From contig JAQGDQ010000080.1 of assembly GCA_030141605.1 (NCBI GenBank), positions 620,001 to 684,000 of the forward strand: a DNA stretch of 64,000 bases. Reading direction: 5' to 3'. A program made the translations under genes and the position numbers. A model generated the notes under the pieces. The model worked only from the letters and a program-made list of their open reading frames with translations, ran no database searches and was not told the DNA's origin. The DNA comes from Tubiluchus corallicola (Eukaryota > Animalia > Priapulida). Below, piece after piece: positions 11,681-25,902 of the stretch. Each line of letters begins with the position of its first letter. Position 1 is the stretch's first letter.

Positions 11681-12829
11681 CAGCAATAGTCACGTTAATG
11701 GTTAAAGCTGGCTAGCCTTGATCGTACAGTAGAAATTCTTAAGCTTTGGTAAAATCACTAAACTGGTTCTCTGCACTGTGCATGGAGTTTTATCTTTGTA
11801 GTTTAAAAACTTTTTTCTGATGTTTAAACAGTATGATTTTACTGTGTATATATATATTTTATTGTCGTGTTTTGTTTACTGAGTTAATAAAAGTCCGAAA
11901 TCATTCGACTATTACAGCTTGAAGCGTTGTGTGCAGAAAAAGCAGGCTGCGGCTCATTTAGTGTCAGATAGTGGTCTCAGTTAGATTGTAGTTTATTGTT
12001 GTTAACTAAAAAATTTAAATTAGAATGCATGACTTGCATGCTAAGTATCTATGATCTTTTTTGTAGTCTTTTAGTTTGCAGTCTTTATAGTTTACGTTTA
12101 GCTGTACCCATCTATGTGTCAAACCATTTTATACTGATTATTTAAAGACTGTTCATTATGAAAAACTTCATTTAACGACAGTGAAAGTGAATTTTGTCTG
12201 ACCCCATAACCTAACTGAGGCAAAAAGTCAACCAACTTCATACTGCTAAATTTAAGTTCATTACACATCAATGTGCTGATAAAAGTGATATACATTGCAG
12301 ATGTACGTAACTTGCATGCATTTTGAAACGTAGAAGTCTTGTGTCTTATGATTTTACAGGTACTAAATTTTAATTACAGCACAAGTAACCAGCAATGTTA
12401 TTACTATAGTGAAGAAAGTCTGATTACCACCCAATCCCAACACTGCTTTCAAATAGATCTAAGATTGTACGACTCACATTTTTCGGATACTTCTCTAATG
12501 CTCCCATACTCGGTGTTAAATTTGGCTTCACTAATGAAAGCTATGATATCATGAGATGATTTGGAGATGCTGAAATAACTTGTGGTTTTAGTTTAGACTT
12601 TTAATCAGATGCCTGGTTGTTCCACAGGCAGTTAAATTTAAATGAATGCCTGCAATATACATCATCTTCTATAAGCCTGCAGAGCAATTTACATGGTGTG
12701 CAGTGATATCTTTGCTTAAAAATTTCAATTTTCTGAAATCTTCCAGTAAACCCAGGAGAACAAAATTGCTGTTCAGCACACAAGTATATTTTTGCAGTAC
12801 TCCTCACACCATTACCAATTAACGTCTAA

Positions 12830-15800
12830 ATGTCACTGAGTAACGATCTTAATCATCAGAAGGCGCGTTTTCTGAACAATCATCACAATGGACAATCTGG
12901 AGTTGTACAACCACTTCTCACCGGTATGCAATATTTGTCAAGTTATACTATTTTCTAGAGTAATTGTAAGGTTCCAGTCGAGCCTTGTTTTTTTATTACC
13001 TATTAAGCCTGATTTAAGTGGAAACTACAGTATCATATGCATGTGACAGATAAAATTCTTACTTCAAAAAGCTGCATGACCACTAATGTTTTTGGATGAC
13101 GCTGTTTGCTTGCTAGTAAGACATATCTTTTTCATGGCTACATAATTCCCTCTATTTCAAAAAGAACATGATTTCTTTTATCCCAACACTGTGTGTCTAT
13201 TCAACTTAAATGCTTCCACAAGATTAATAACATCCCACTGTCGTTTCAGTCAGATCCACTTCAAATCGAGAACATAGGCAAAGTAACGACATTTTCTCTG
13301 TACTTCCACTATTTTCTCATGTATAAGGTACTTACTGTGGTATTCAAACATCATCAGTACTTCTTGGAAAGAGACACCTACATCTGGTATCTGCCTCATG
13401 GTATTCACCAGAGCAGATCTTCTAGTAATCCCATTTTTGATGAGCATTTTTTACAAAAGCAATGTAACAATTGGTGTTTAGCTAGCAGGTCAGCTAATGT
13501 ATAGCTCACTAGTTTCCATTGAGTTATCCACATAAGGTATTATTTCATTGTACAATACGGTGTTTCTTTATAAGCTATTATTTCATTGTACGATACGGTG
13601 TTGCTTTAATGTTGGTTAGTGTTAAGTCAAGTTTTTCAGCTCTAGTCCAAGTCGATTCCTAAATCCCTGGCGTTCAAGTCTGAATCAAACCCCAAATCAT
13701 TGTAGCCCAAGCCCAAGTCAAGTCTCCAGCCATTTATACTCAAAAACAAGTTGAACCTCAATTTTTTATTGCCCACGTTCAAGTCTAATCTCGGTTTGCC
13801 ATGTCTTTGTCTGAGTTAAGCCTAAGTCATATTCAAGTGGTCATGTTCAACTTCTTTCGAGTTTCAAGTCAAAGAATCCAAGATTTAATCAATTCTCAAG
13901 TTCCTATTTAATATTAATGAACTATCTTGTTAATTTTGATATTATTTTACTTATTACTACATTACATTTATTGAGTTATTATTGCTTTCACTTTTGGTAT
14001 ATGTTAGACTATATATATGCAAGACAAAATTATTTTACAACTGGTTTTATATTTTAATAGCAATTTTGCAGTGGTGTTATATTGAACATCTACAACTTAC
14101 AAGTGACATTACAGTTAATAATACTAATTACAGTCTACATGTTGTAGGTTCAAGTAGCTGATTATATTTAAGAAATACTATGTTAAACCCAGCTCAGTGT
14201 GACCTCACTTTCCAGAATGTTGAGATTCTATTTTTGTTTTTCTTAGATTTGTATCAGATTACCATGGCTTATGCTTTGTGGCGAACAGGGAAGAGTGAGA
14301 ATAGAGCTGTCTATAATTTATTTTTTCGGAGAAATCCCTTCCAAGGAGAGTTTACTATATTTTGTGGTCTTGAGGAGTGCTTGAAATTTTTGGAAAATTT
14401 CAAGTATTCACAAAGTGGTAAGTTCACAACTGTATTAAATCACTTCAGCCGTCATTTAGACATATGCCTGTCACCCGTTTCTGTAATGTTCCAATGATTG
14501 CTTTGTGAGTCTTTATCTACACAGTATTGCTGTATTGCTCAAACTTGAACTTGACTGACTTCATAAATAATTTCCTGTTAAATTAATTTAAGTAATTTTT
14601 CTCCTAGTTGCATTCTACTCTGACGTTTTGTTGTAGCACAGAAACTATTCTTGCCCTTAAACACACTAGCTTTAAAGTGCTGGTGCTGATTGGCTTGGAA
14701 CTAGAGCAAGTACAAGTAAAAAATATACCATACTATACTGCACATTGACTGCAAAAACAACTTATAGAGTCCCTTTTGCTCTATAATTTCAGTAATTTGT
14801 CAGTTACTATATTAAACTGCAGTAAGCTGAATAGTATGAATAATATGAGCAGAACTACTGTAAATGGTTAAAAAATAGGTTTTGTATGTATTTGCAAATT
14901 TGTAACCTTCATTTATGTTACTGTAGCATTGTAGTACTAAAAACAATATTGCCTTTGAAACTTATTGTACATTTATGCAAAAGAACTTTTCTCAAAAGCA
15001 TTATCCATATTTTTGTGTTTTCATTGGTGAGTAATGCATTTTCTCAGGAGCTGCACTGCAAATCGAGCACTACTTGGAATGTAATTTATTGTATTCAATA
15101 AGATCAAAACTTTTTGTCTTGACAGATGTTGCATATCTGAAGACTGTTTTACCATCTACTGTTGAGGACGAATTTTATACGTGTCTGTTAAATCTTGATT
15201 CCCGAGATGTCACATTGTGTGCTGTTGAAGAGGGTTCTGTGGCTTTTCCTCGAGTTCCACTGATTCAACTTGAAGGTCCGCAGATTATGATGCAGCTCCT
15301 GGAAACTACGCTCCTTACACTAGTCAACTATGCAAGGTAAGCAATGAAAATTTACATGAACTATAAAATTCATTACCGTGGCACACATCCCGTGCAGTGC
15401 AAAACACATTACATCCACTGTAAAACACCCACAGTCCACTTCCAAAATGATACTGTATAAAATTCAAATAAAGATGCATGATAATCACTACTATGGTATT
15501 AGAGAGTAGCGAAAATGTTGTCTTTGTTACCATTATAAGTAAATAGTTAGTGTAATGCCAACCATTACACTAACCAGTGTTTCCTAGTCTTTAAGAATGT
15601 AGATCTTTTCGAACTTCACACATGCCACATATGAAACTTAATATGTCTGCTGCAGTTTAGTGGCTACAAATGCAGCAAGGTTCAGATTGGCAGCAGGTTA
15701 CGATAAGCAACTACTAGAGTTTGGACTGCGAAGGGCGCAGGGCCCAGATGGAGGATTATCGGCTTCAAAATACTGCTTTGTCGGAGGTATATGAATATCT

Positions 15801-18800
15801 ATTAATTACAATAAATTCAATAGTATTTTGTGTTCATTAACAATTAAGATATCCATAAAATGATGCTTATAACGATTTTCTCCTTCAATTTTATTTTAAT
15901 GTGCGGGATTTTTGAAAACATTATCAAAGTTTTGTATAAGGTTATATAAGATTTTTTAATACTTACCGATATGAATGTTAGATCACACCATTTTAGTCCA
16001 TTTTCAATAATTTTAGAGACTCTTACATCGTTGTTAATACACCTAGACAAATGCTTAAAACAGCATTGTGCATTGGGTTGTATTCAGTACAAAGGCATAA
16101 AGCAAATGAAATGGAAAAAATTGCAAGTGGAATCCGTGCTTGATTCACGATACATGATACATGAATGATTTATGTGAACATCTTCTATTCAATACATAAA
16201 CCGAAAAAATGAATTTTTGGTATTTGCAGTTTTACATTTACAAAACGAACGACATTTTGAAAAATTAATGACAGTACACTAAAGTCAACATAACAAAAAG
16301 TTATAACAGTGTATAAAGTAGTTGATTAGTGATAATAATTAAAATTAGAATAATTTCATTCAATGCCACCGACTGTAAGATGCCGTGACACACAAGTGAT
16401 GGATACATAATGTTCTGTATTTAATAAACCTTTGACATAAATGAATTTGAAAAATACCTTGTTAAACTAAAATTGGCTAAATGTACAGGGCTCGATGGTC
16501 TGCCCACTGAGTGTTTCAAGAAAGGATCTGTCGAGTTACAGCAATGCTTGTGAAAAACTTTTAATGATATACTCATAACTGTTGACATACCTGAAGAATG
16601 GTCATATGCTATTATTACTCCATATCAATGGTCATATCATATTATTATTCACAAATCAGGAGTAGCGTGCGACCCTAATAATTATAGGGGAATTAGCTTA
16701 CTTGGCTTTATTGGTAAACTTTTCAAAAGGCTTGATCTGTACTAAATTAGAGACATGGTGCAATAGCGACAGTATTGTATGCGAGATTCAGGCAGGGTTT
16801 CATAGCAGTTACCAAATTCTCGATAATATTTTTCTATTAAAGCCATTGCGGATAAACGTTTTTTCCTAAAACAGAAACTGCATACCTGTTTTCTAGATTT
16901 CAAATGAGCCTTTGACTCTGTAGACCGAACATGGTTATTCTACAAACTTATACAAATTGGAATCAAGGGTAAAATATTGAGAGCCATTGCTATTTTACTG
17001 CACTTGTGTAATTTAGATGAGTGCTTAAATGTACATGATCCTGATGGCATAATATTAATTAATGCAGTGATATGCTTGCCCATGTTCGCAGATGATCTCG
17101 TTTTAATGAGTGTAACCAGGGAAGGTTTACAACACCAGTTAAACCTCTTGAGCAGGCACTGCAAGAGTTAATGCTAGTAAAACTAAAATTTTGGTATTTG
17201 AAAAACCTGCTGCATCTCAACAATTGAATTCTTTTTCAACGGCACATTATTAAAACAGTGTACTGAGTATAAATATCTTGACATCTGTGTCAATAAAAAC
17301 GATTATTTCAATAAAGCTGCAAATTATCTTGCTTCCCAGGGCAACAAAGCCAAATTTTTTTACTGAGCAAATCTAAAACTTTGGATATTTTGAAATCAAC
17401 TTTGTTAAACTTTGTTTGATGTATACATCAAACCTATCCTATGTTATGGATGTGAAATCTCGGATGCAAACTTTTTTCCTGTTTTTGAAACCTCTTGTCT
17501 CAAATATTATAAAACTATTTAAGTGTCAAAATGACAACTCCCACCCCAGCCATGGTTGGGGAATTAGGAATGTATTCAATCAACTTGGGCATTCTTGTAG
17601 TGTAGCAAAACATTGGCTTCAACTAGTTTCACTTCCAGAAACTAGACTGTGCAACTAAGCATACCATCTTAGCAAAACCCTAAATCTTTCTTGGTATAAA
17701 TCATTAAAACTGGTGTCAAACGGGATACGTTTAAACCATTTGTTAGATGTTGACGTAATACTGCTTTATTCCAATACAGTTTACCTTGCTGAAGAAAGAC
17801 TTAAAGCTAATTATATAATACCTGGAGGCAATCTCTAACAGACATGCCTAAATTGCAATTTTATCATCAAATTAAATCAGATTTTGTATTTGAATCTTTG
17901 TTTATTGAATGTCAAAAATATTGAAGACAGAAAATGGTTAACTAAACTTGCTCTTTGAAAGAAGAAGGCATGTAAGTCGTTACAATTGGTAGCATACTTT
18001 GCTAACATGATTAACATGACCTTAATCTTGGCATGCATAAGTTATACAGAAAATGTTAATTCTCTTTACCAAAGTAGACCTTGCACAAAGTAGATGTAGT
18101 TACATATAGATGTTGAAGAAGGTACATGATAATACGTGTAGATTAGATTGCAAAATTAGATGGAGCAGGGTGGATGAGATAAAAAGTAGATGTTCAAAAG
18201 ATTTAATAATATTGTGTATATCGCTTGCTTATTTCACAATCTGCTAAAGACTTTTGCTTTGCTTATCCATCTGCATGGATAAATGCTACCATTTTTATAG
18301 GGCTTAAAATAAGTTACAGACTAAAATGCATCTAGTTTCATTTTTTGATTACATCTGTCCGTTCTGCTTTTAGAAATGTAATTGTCCTTGAAGCTTTAGA
18401 TTTAGTGTTCAAAACATCAGCAGCAAAATAGGTTTTTAAGTGTACATGTGAGCAAGCTGGAAATTTATTATTAGAAACTTGTGTGCAGCTCTGAGCAAAA
18501 CACATCCATTTGCATTTGTTACTAAACGCTGGCAAACACTTCCGGATTAAATAAGTGTAGATAATACAACATTAAGAGGAAAAGTACAAGAAAGAAAAAT
18601 GACATAGTAATGCCAATAATCATTCTAGTGCATTCGTTTAACGGTTTTAAGTGAGCTGCTTATAGTAAATGTGTATTTAATAGTATTTTATGCAGAGTAA
18701 TGTGAATAACTTCATTGTTGTAACTATCCATCACTGAACTCTATAAAACTGTTATAAAATGCATTTTGCAGATTATGTGATTCCTGAGGGATACTGAAGT

Positions 18801-21800
18801 TTTCAGCGTTAATACTTCTGAATTAGACAATCATCTTTAAAGATGGATTCGGAAGCCAAACATCAGTTGAAATTTAGCACATTTCTACTAATAATAATTA
18901 TTTAACATTTTAATATATAAAGAAACAGCGTGTAGATAGAATTTGTGAATCTTGGCATTTTTAATTGGAATGTTGATATTTTTCTAGGCTTCGATGCTAC
19001 AAGCAATGTTCTGGCAGGCAAAATGTTTGGAATACCTGTTAAAGGCACCTTAGCACATGCATTCGTTAGTTCGTATTCTGGTCTTCAAGAATTAACACAC
19101 AGAGTGAGACATTACGTACATCATAATTATTAGGTTTTTGGTGTGTTTTGTTCACTGCTCAGTTAATCTGTAATTGTTACTTTTAAAAAATGTATTATCT
19201 AGTTATATTTTTGCTTATATTATTATTACTTGATTTACTTATTTAACTTGGAAATATATGCATACGTTGTACTTTATACACAATGTGTCATGGAAAACTT
19301 TGAAATGGTGGCATAGTTTTATTTTAATATCTCTCTTATCTATAATATATGTTGATGTAAATTCTACTCATTTATTGATATATTTTCCTGAGTACACTCG
19401 TACATGATGTTGTGAAAATCAGTGTTGTTGTTAGTTCTTTCACAAAATTGTTAGATCATTTAAAAAAACCTTTTCACGTTATCATTGAAAGAGTTTTGAC
19501 AACACTAAACAATTTTTGCAGATTCTGATACGAAATGATGGCTCGGGTACCTCAGCTGATCTTCTTGAACTATCTGTCAGCTGGAGAGAAAAAATTGCAA
19601 AAACAATGGGAGTGCTAGCTGAACAAGCAAATGATGGCGAATTAGCAGCTTTTGTGAGCTACGCTCTGTCTTTTCCAAAAGGATTTCTAGCTTTAGTGGA
19701 CACCTATGACACAATAAGGTTAGTATAATGCATGGTAAGCCAGTGGCAACCACACTGCGCATTACATTGGGTAAAGCAAAAAAGATGTGCCGAAGTTTTG
19801 ATCACGATAGTATAAGAACAAAATAACAGAATCATTTGAAAATTGCCATACTGATAAGTTATTATGTTAGATTTTTCCAAAGATACTGAAGTTTTAAGGC
19901 AACACTTCAAAAAGAAAGCCAGATTTAACTCGTGTGTCTCTGTTGCTTAAATTTACAGCAATGCTCTATGTGTTCACCATTTTCACTACAAACTAGGTGA
20001 AGGCATTCTGTTTCCAACAACCTGCATAGTTTTTCACTTCTCTAAGGTATGTTTGGTCCTAGCACTCAACAGTTTTTGCCTCTAGTTCTGCATCAAGCAG
20101 CTCTGTGTGACCATTTTGCACTTTCTCTTTAAGGGAATTTCAGACACAGTAATCCAGAGGATTAAGTCCCATTTTCTTCCTGGCAACAAACTTTAGCAGT
20201 GCTTTATTCTCTGGTGATGACCATGATGTAAACTGATTGATTCCTTTACTGTTTTGCTCCATAAATTGAGTGCTTTATGCATTATTGAATGTGCTTAGCT
20301 GACATTATTCCGGCATTTAATTTTTTAACATGCAAAAGTTTTCGGTCATAGCTTGAAAACCACTAAACTATAAACTTGTAACTTTCAAAGCCAAAATCTA
20401 ATGTAATGTATTGTATAGACCACTCACTTCTAATATTATTGTAGTCTAAACTTTGGCACATTTTTTCTGCATCATTCGATATATTTTAAATTAGTCTCAT
20501 TAATCTTTGGAGAGAAACCAAGCAAATGAATTCTTATACTATGTAGAGAAATTCACTGTACACTAAGTTTTACTCCACTGCTTTCATTAACTTCTGTGCA
20601 GTAAGTTGCAACTGATTTGTAGCAAACTATCAATAAAACCATATTGTCACATATCCTTTTTATATAATTTTAAATGCAATTTTAAATAACAATAATTATT
20701 AACTTTTATTGTACCACATAACCTTTTATAACTTTCCCTGTTCATATAGCCTTAAAATCATGTTACAAAGTAATTTAGCAATAGGCTGAAAACAGTATTT
20801 TTCGTTTTTACTAGTTTAGCATGTAGCAACTCTTTAGAGTATCTATTATTAAATCAAAAAAAGTTCTAGCTGAAATGAAAATTTAGCAAATCTCGGATTC
20901 TTCTGTTTATAATACTAAAAAATGTTGTTCAACCAGATTTTGCTAGGCGATTTGATTGCATATGAGCACATTAAAAACTCAACTTTAATTTAATAAGAAT
21001 GTGTCTGCTCTTATTAATTTTATCACCTTGCTTAATTAGTAGAGCGATATGTTGTAAAGTAGACAGCTTAGACACTGATACTTTCATTTCTTTTATAGTG
21101 ATGAAACCAGTGATTTTCAGTAGCACACTTAATACTAAACCAAATGCTGGAAATTCATGTGGATGAAGAAAATCTTTAATAAGAAGAAACTGTGAATAGA
21201 TGTGTGGCATATATGTGTTGGTTTAATCATTTCTACTTTAAATGGGTATTTCTAGCAGTTACAACTGGTCAGACACTGCAAGCAATTAATGAAACTATAT
21301 AATGATGTGTTACTATTTCAGGTCAGGAGTTTTAAATTATGCTGCAGTTGCTTTAGCATTGAATGAATTAGGATATCATCCCATCGGAATCAGAATCGAC
21401 AGTGGGGACCTGGCTTATCTATCAAAGACTGCTCGCAATATTTTTAAAAACATTGCCAAAGCGTAAGAATAAATCATTAGTTTCAGTAATGTAAAAGTAC
21501 AGGTTTCATTCTAATTGGATATACTAATATGTTAGAATTTATATACTGCAAAGTGGATTTAGTTTTCACATCTATTGGATTTTGATTTCAACTGTCCCGT
21601 AGATATCAAATGAATGCTAATAATTAGCATTTTTTTGTCAATCGTGAAAAACCTGTGGAATTCATACACTAGTACTCGAGTTAGTAGGTGACAAGCCATC
21701 AAAATCAAGTTTTGTAACATAATGGTTTTGAGAAAATAAAAGTATAATATTTCAAAACCTGTAGCGAATAAGTAGTCTTTCTATTGATAATATGATTTTT

Positions 21801-24800
21801 TTCATTTTTTACAGGCATAATTTTCCAAGTTTTGAACACTCAGTGATTGTAGCGAGCAATGATATTAATGAAGATACTTTGTATTCTCTCAGAGAACAGG
21901 TTAGGGTCATGCTCTGAAATTTCAAGGGGCTTAAAAAATTAAGTTTTGTTATACCACACAGGCCTCATATTCAGAAGTTTTTCTTATTGGTTTTGTTGTG
22001 CTTTTTGTTCTTGCTGTCATCACCATTACTTCCGACTGTGCCAAAAAATAAATTTTGCCCATGGATGAAAACTTAAAACAAACACAAATTTACTGCAACA
22101 AAGTTAAATTTTTTGTACTTTTTAATTTCTTTATAATTATAGTGCTAGGGAAGATACGTAGAAAAATGTCTAAAATGTCCACTTCTGGTAATAGTTCGAG
22201 AATTGATGTGCAACAGTTTTTGAATATGCTGAATTTAAAAAATTGTTGAACTAATAATTTAGTGAAGTAATAATGTAATAACTGTTTCAAATTAACTTGA
22301 ATGGAATTTTCTAGGGACATTCAATAGATTGCTATGGTGTTGGAACTCACTTGGTAACCTGTCAGAAGCAACCAGCTCTTGGCTGTGTGTACAAGGTAAC
22401 TGCAACTTTGAACAACTTATTTTTTGCCTGAAAGATTTTTGTAGGGTAACTAAGTGATATCTAAAAAATTATTGTGGAAACAGTTACGTTCTTACTAAGA
22501 AATTTTAATGTCTTTTACAAGACTTCACTAATGATCAGAGTTGTGAACATTCTGTTCAGAGTTTAGCTTTAGACCAAAGACCAGACATCATTATCATTCT
22601 GTAATACCGTAGTAAATCAAGAAAAACCAGTGTTGTTCCATAGTTGAAGTGGAGATTTTTGCACTTAAGTTTCAGTTTGCCTGAACGTTTTTGCATAAGT
22701 AAGATTTTTCTATGAAATTTCTTTGCTAAAATTTTGCACAAATATATGATTTGTCCCGTACTTTTTCAAAAATAACGTATTTTTAAATTTTGTAAAAATT
22801 TAATCTACAATTTTTTAAGGGTTTTTGTTGAGGTCTTTAGAGAAAATATACCTTCGAAATATGCCTTAAAGCATGTAATATATGTGCAATGTACAAGATA
22901 ATTTACTTATTTGAACAAAGATGAATTTTTTCACTTATTTGTTCTATCATTTTGATCTGTTACATAAAATGTGTTATGCAACTGTTATTAATTTTTATAT
23001 TTTATCAACTTTTTAGCTGGTCGAAATTGAAAATGAACCCAAAATTAAGCTGAGTCAAGATATTGAAAAAGTGACCATTCCTGGAAAAAAAGAAATTTAT
23101 AGATTGTGTGGCAAAGATGGTATGAAAAAATATTAATTATAATACTCTTTTTTCTTATATTGTTTTTCTTATATTTGCTTTGAAACAAAGCTGTCCATTT
23201 TTGATCTTATTAAGGACAGAGGGTGTAGTATCTGCTTACACATATATGAAAAGGGATAATAAACACAAGAACGTGTCCCATCTATTGCCGTGCAATGGTC
23301 CTGTAGGTAGCTAGGTGGATACACATGGGACGTAACATTAGAAAAACGTTAACTTTAACTATTTACCCAGCGACAAAAATTATCACTGGATTTATGTGGA
23401 TTAAACAAATTTTAGCAATTCTGAAAGCGTGTATTGATAAAATAATTGTGAAGGGAAAATGTCAAACTTGCCAATATAAACTGGTGACAATCATAGACCT
23501 ACTATTTACTTTAATTTTCATTAAGCACTTTCATGGGGCGTACTAGACAACTAGATTCCAGAAAAATACTAGGATGAAGCCTCTTGTAGGCCATCATATG
23601 CAAGCTTGCATGTCATAACTGTCACAAATTCCAAGTTTACATGAGAATTTGCCTATAACTAATATGAAAAAAATGTTTAATGTAAATTTTGTTAAACAGT
23701 TACAACTCAGTTAAATACAGTGTATAGGCCTATTGCAGCCAAAAAGTTACAGTAACACTGCATGCAAAACAAAACAAAAATGACAAGAAGGGAAATGGCC
23801 GTACGACCATTAAGCATTGTATGTGTCTAACATAAAACGTTATGCTGCTTGTCAAAATTAATTATTATTGTCTCTTAAAGGATTCTTTTTTTAATTGATA
23901 CATGGATTCAGTTCACCTCAGCACTGGATACATGTAAACATGAAGATGTGGTGTAGGCCTTGGCGAAAGCATAAGTAATGTTACACATGACTTTTTATCA
24001 CAGTATTGTAAATGTGTCAGGAATTAATTGTCGTTTCAGGAAAAGCATTAATTGATTTGATATCACGAACAAATGAAAAGCCGCCTAGCCCTGGGATGAA
24101 AGTGTTGTGTCGTCATCCATTCCAGGAAGCTAAAAGAGCTTTTGTTGTACCTGCAAAAGTAGAAACTTTGTTGAAACCTTTCTGGAGAAATGGACAGGTA
24201 ATTTTTTTGTTGGCTACTGTATATTGGTCAACTTTCATCTGACGGTTATTTTTCTACCTCTTACATCAAGCTGCTATAAAAACTGATCAAAACAAATACA
24301 AGCGGGGAATATTTATAGTGTGCAAGCTAATGCTGAAATAGGCTCCTAAATAAAAATTAGCTTTTTTAAGTCTTGTCTACCGAAACTGCATCAACAGTGT
24401 ACAGTGATCGCAACAACGTACTGTACACTGATCGCCACTTTGCATTAAAATACCATAGAACAATAAAGTATTTTGGCTTTCATATTACTGGTCACTGTTT
24501 GCTTTTTTAAAATGTTGAAGCATACACATTTTCTGTCACTAAAGACTTTTCATTAACAGCTGTTTTTAAGTGCCATAAATCTTCTAAAAATTACTTCACA
24601 TTAATTATCATGTCGTAAAACAAATCCATGTTAAGTATTTGTTTTGGCATTGTAAATATCGTAAAAAAGATCAGCAGACAGTGTTCATTGGTTTCCGAAT
24701 GAGTTGCTAGCGAGAAACACTGTTGTACAGAATGCATTATGATACAGATTTTTGATAACTAAAAACTTTACTTAAATGCATGGTGTTGATTGTCCTGGAT

Positions 24801-25902
24801 TAAGCTCTACGTGCTGATTAGGCAGCCCCTAAATCAATACTTATTGAGTTAAGTGGACAACCATAATGTAATACGGACAACACCTCTGGTGGCATCTCTA
24901 GTTTCTCCTGTGAGCCGGTTGACATGCAACTGTTGCCGAGAATGACATGATTATATGTGTTACGCTTTTTCACTACAGGGATAAAATGAAATAGATCCTT
25001 TTTGGAGAACGAAAGCAACGAATAGAATCGTTTTAATTTGTTACTAACAAAGCAGTTATTATTGAAATAATTTTAAAAGCTACTTACAGCATAACATTTG
25101 AAATTAATTTTTGCAGAACACTGACACTAATTTGGCAGAGCACTAACATCGTTAAAGCCACAGATACAAATAGTAGAACACATTACAAGCAATAATTACT
25201 ATAATTATTGCAAGGCACAAATAACAAACACTATATATCAGCAGCAGTTATAAAACGTATACACATAAAAATCAAAAGCACATAAGTCAGTACAAGCACA
25301 TGTACCAACCTATCAATCTACACTGTACTCATAATGCCTGTAGGCTGTTTTCCTAATATAATTGCAGTAAGTTCCAGAATATTGTAGAAAAAGTGTTGAA
25401 TTCCACACAACGTTATGCAACTATGGTGTGTGGATGTGTGACGTCATTCAACAATTTTTATCAATGAAGCAGAGGCTCATAACAATGTGCCACTAGTTTA
25501 TGTGCTGTCACCCTGTAAAAAAGCCTGGACAACTATGATCCAGTTATGCTGAATAACCTTTCTGTCATAAATAAAATAGATGCCACAAGTTAGCCTGATT
25601 TGTGGATGAGTGAGGAGGTAAAGAGTTGCAGCCTTCATCATAAAAATTTAACAGCATCTAGCAGCAGTTTGTTAAAAATGTTATGCTGCATACTTATTAA
25701 TAAATGTTAATTATAGATATGCCAGACGATGCCAAATTTAGCAGAACTCCGTGGCCGAGTACAGGAATCACTGAACAGTTTGCGAGAAGATCACAAACGA
25801 AATCTGAATCCGACTCCTTACAAAGTTTCTGTGACAGACAAATTGTACCATTTTCTGCATGATATGTGGCTAATGAACGCTCCTATTGGGGAGCTTTATT
25901 AA
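12830..25902 (+). CDS. NAPRT: Nicotinate phosphoribosyltransferase (Preiss-Handler NAD+ salvage), 557 aa; exons 12830-12923, 14247-14417, 15126-15336, 15656-15786, 18988-19103, 19522-19718, 21322-21462, 21815-21899, 22315-22395, 23017-23119, 24040-24197, 25717-25902
   Basis: Twelve GT-AG exons sum to 1674 nt (558 codons) with consistent phases. Motifs: [43 protein letters not shown] (phospho-His motif), [50 protein letters not shown], and C-terminal [10 protein letters not shown]...NAPIGELY*. Confidence 0.97.
13200..13450 (-). mobile_element. Possible highly decayed LINE C-terminal fragment (RTE-like)
   Basis: Minus-strand [17 protein letters not shown]...KRQWDVINL loosely resembles the RRLRYFGHV...RRWxD region of RTE-clade ORFs. 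The similarity is weak. Confidence 0.3.
13532..13607. repeat. 38-bp tandem duplication (2 copies)
   Basis: ataaggtattatttcattgtacaatacggtgtttcttt followed by ataagctattatttcattgtacgatacggtgttgcttt. Confidence 0.9.
13620..13880. repeat. Degenerate CAAGTC-motif array, probably subterminal repeats of a decayed DNA transposon
   Basis: Repeated CAAGTC, CCAAG and TCAAGT motifs at high density. No clear TIR or TSD was found. Confidence 0.45.
16425..17960 (+). mobile_element. Decayed LINE reverse transcriptase (L2/CR1/RTE-related) in NAPRT intron 4
   Basis: Fragmented RT motifs occur in the expected order: [64 protein letters not shown]. They carry stops and frameshifts. Confidence 0.92.

Noticed and set aside
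1985-25902. Functional link between the adjacent nicotinic receptor and nicotinate phosphoribosyltransferase
   Set aside because: This is a coincidence of names. Nothing in the sequence indicates co-regulation.
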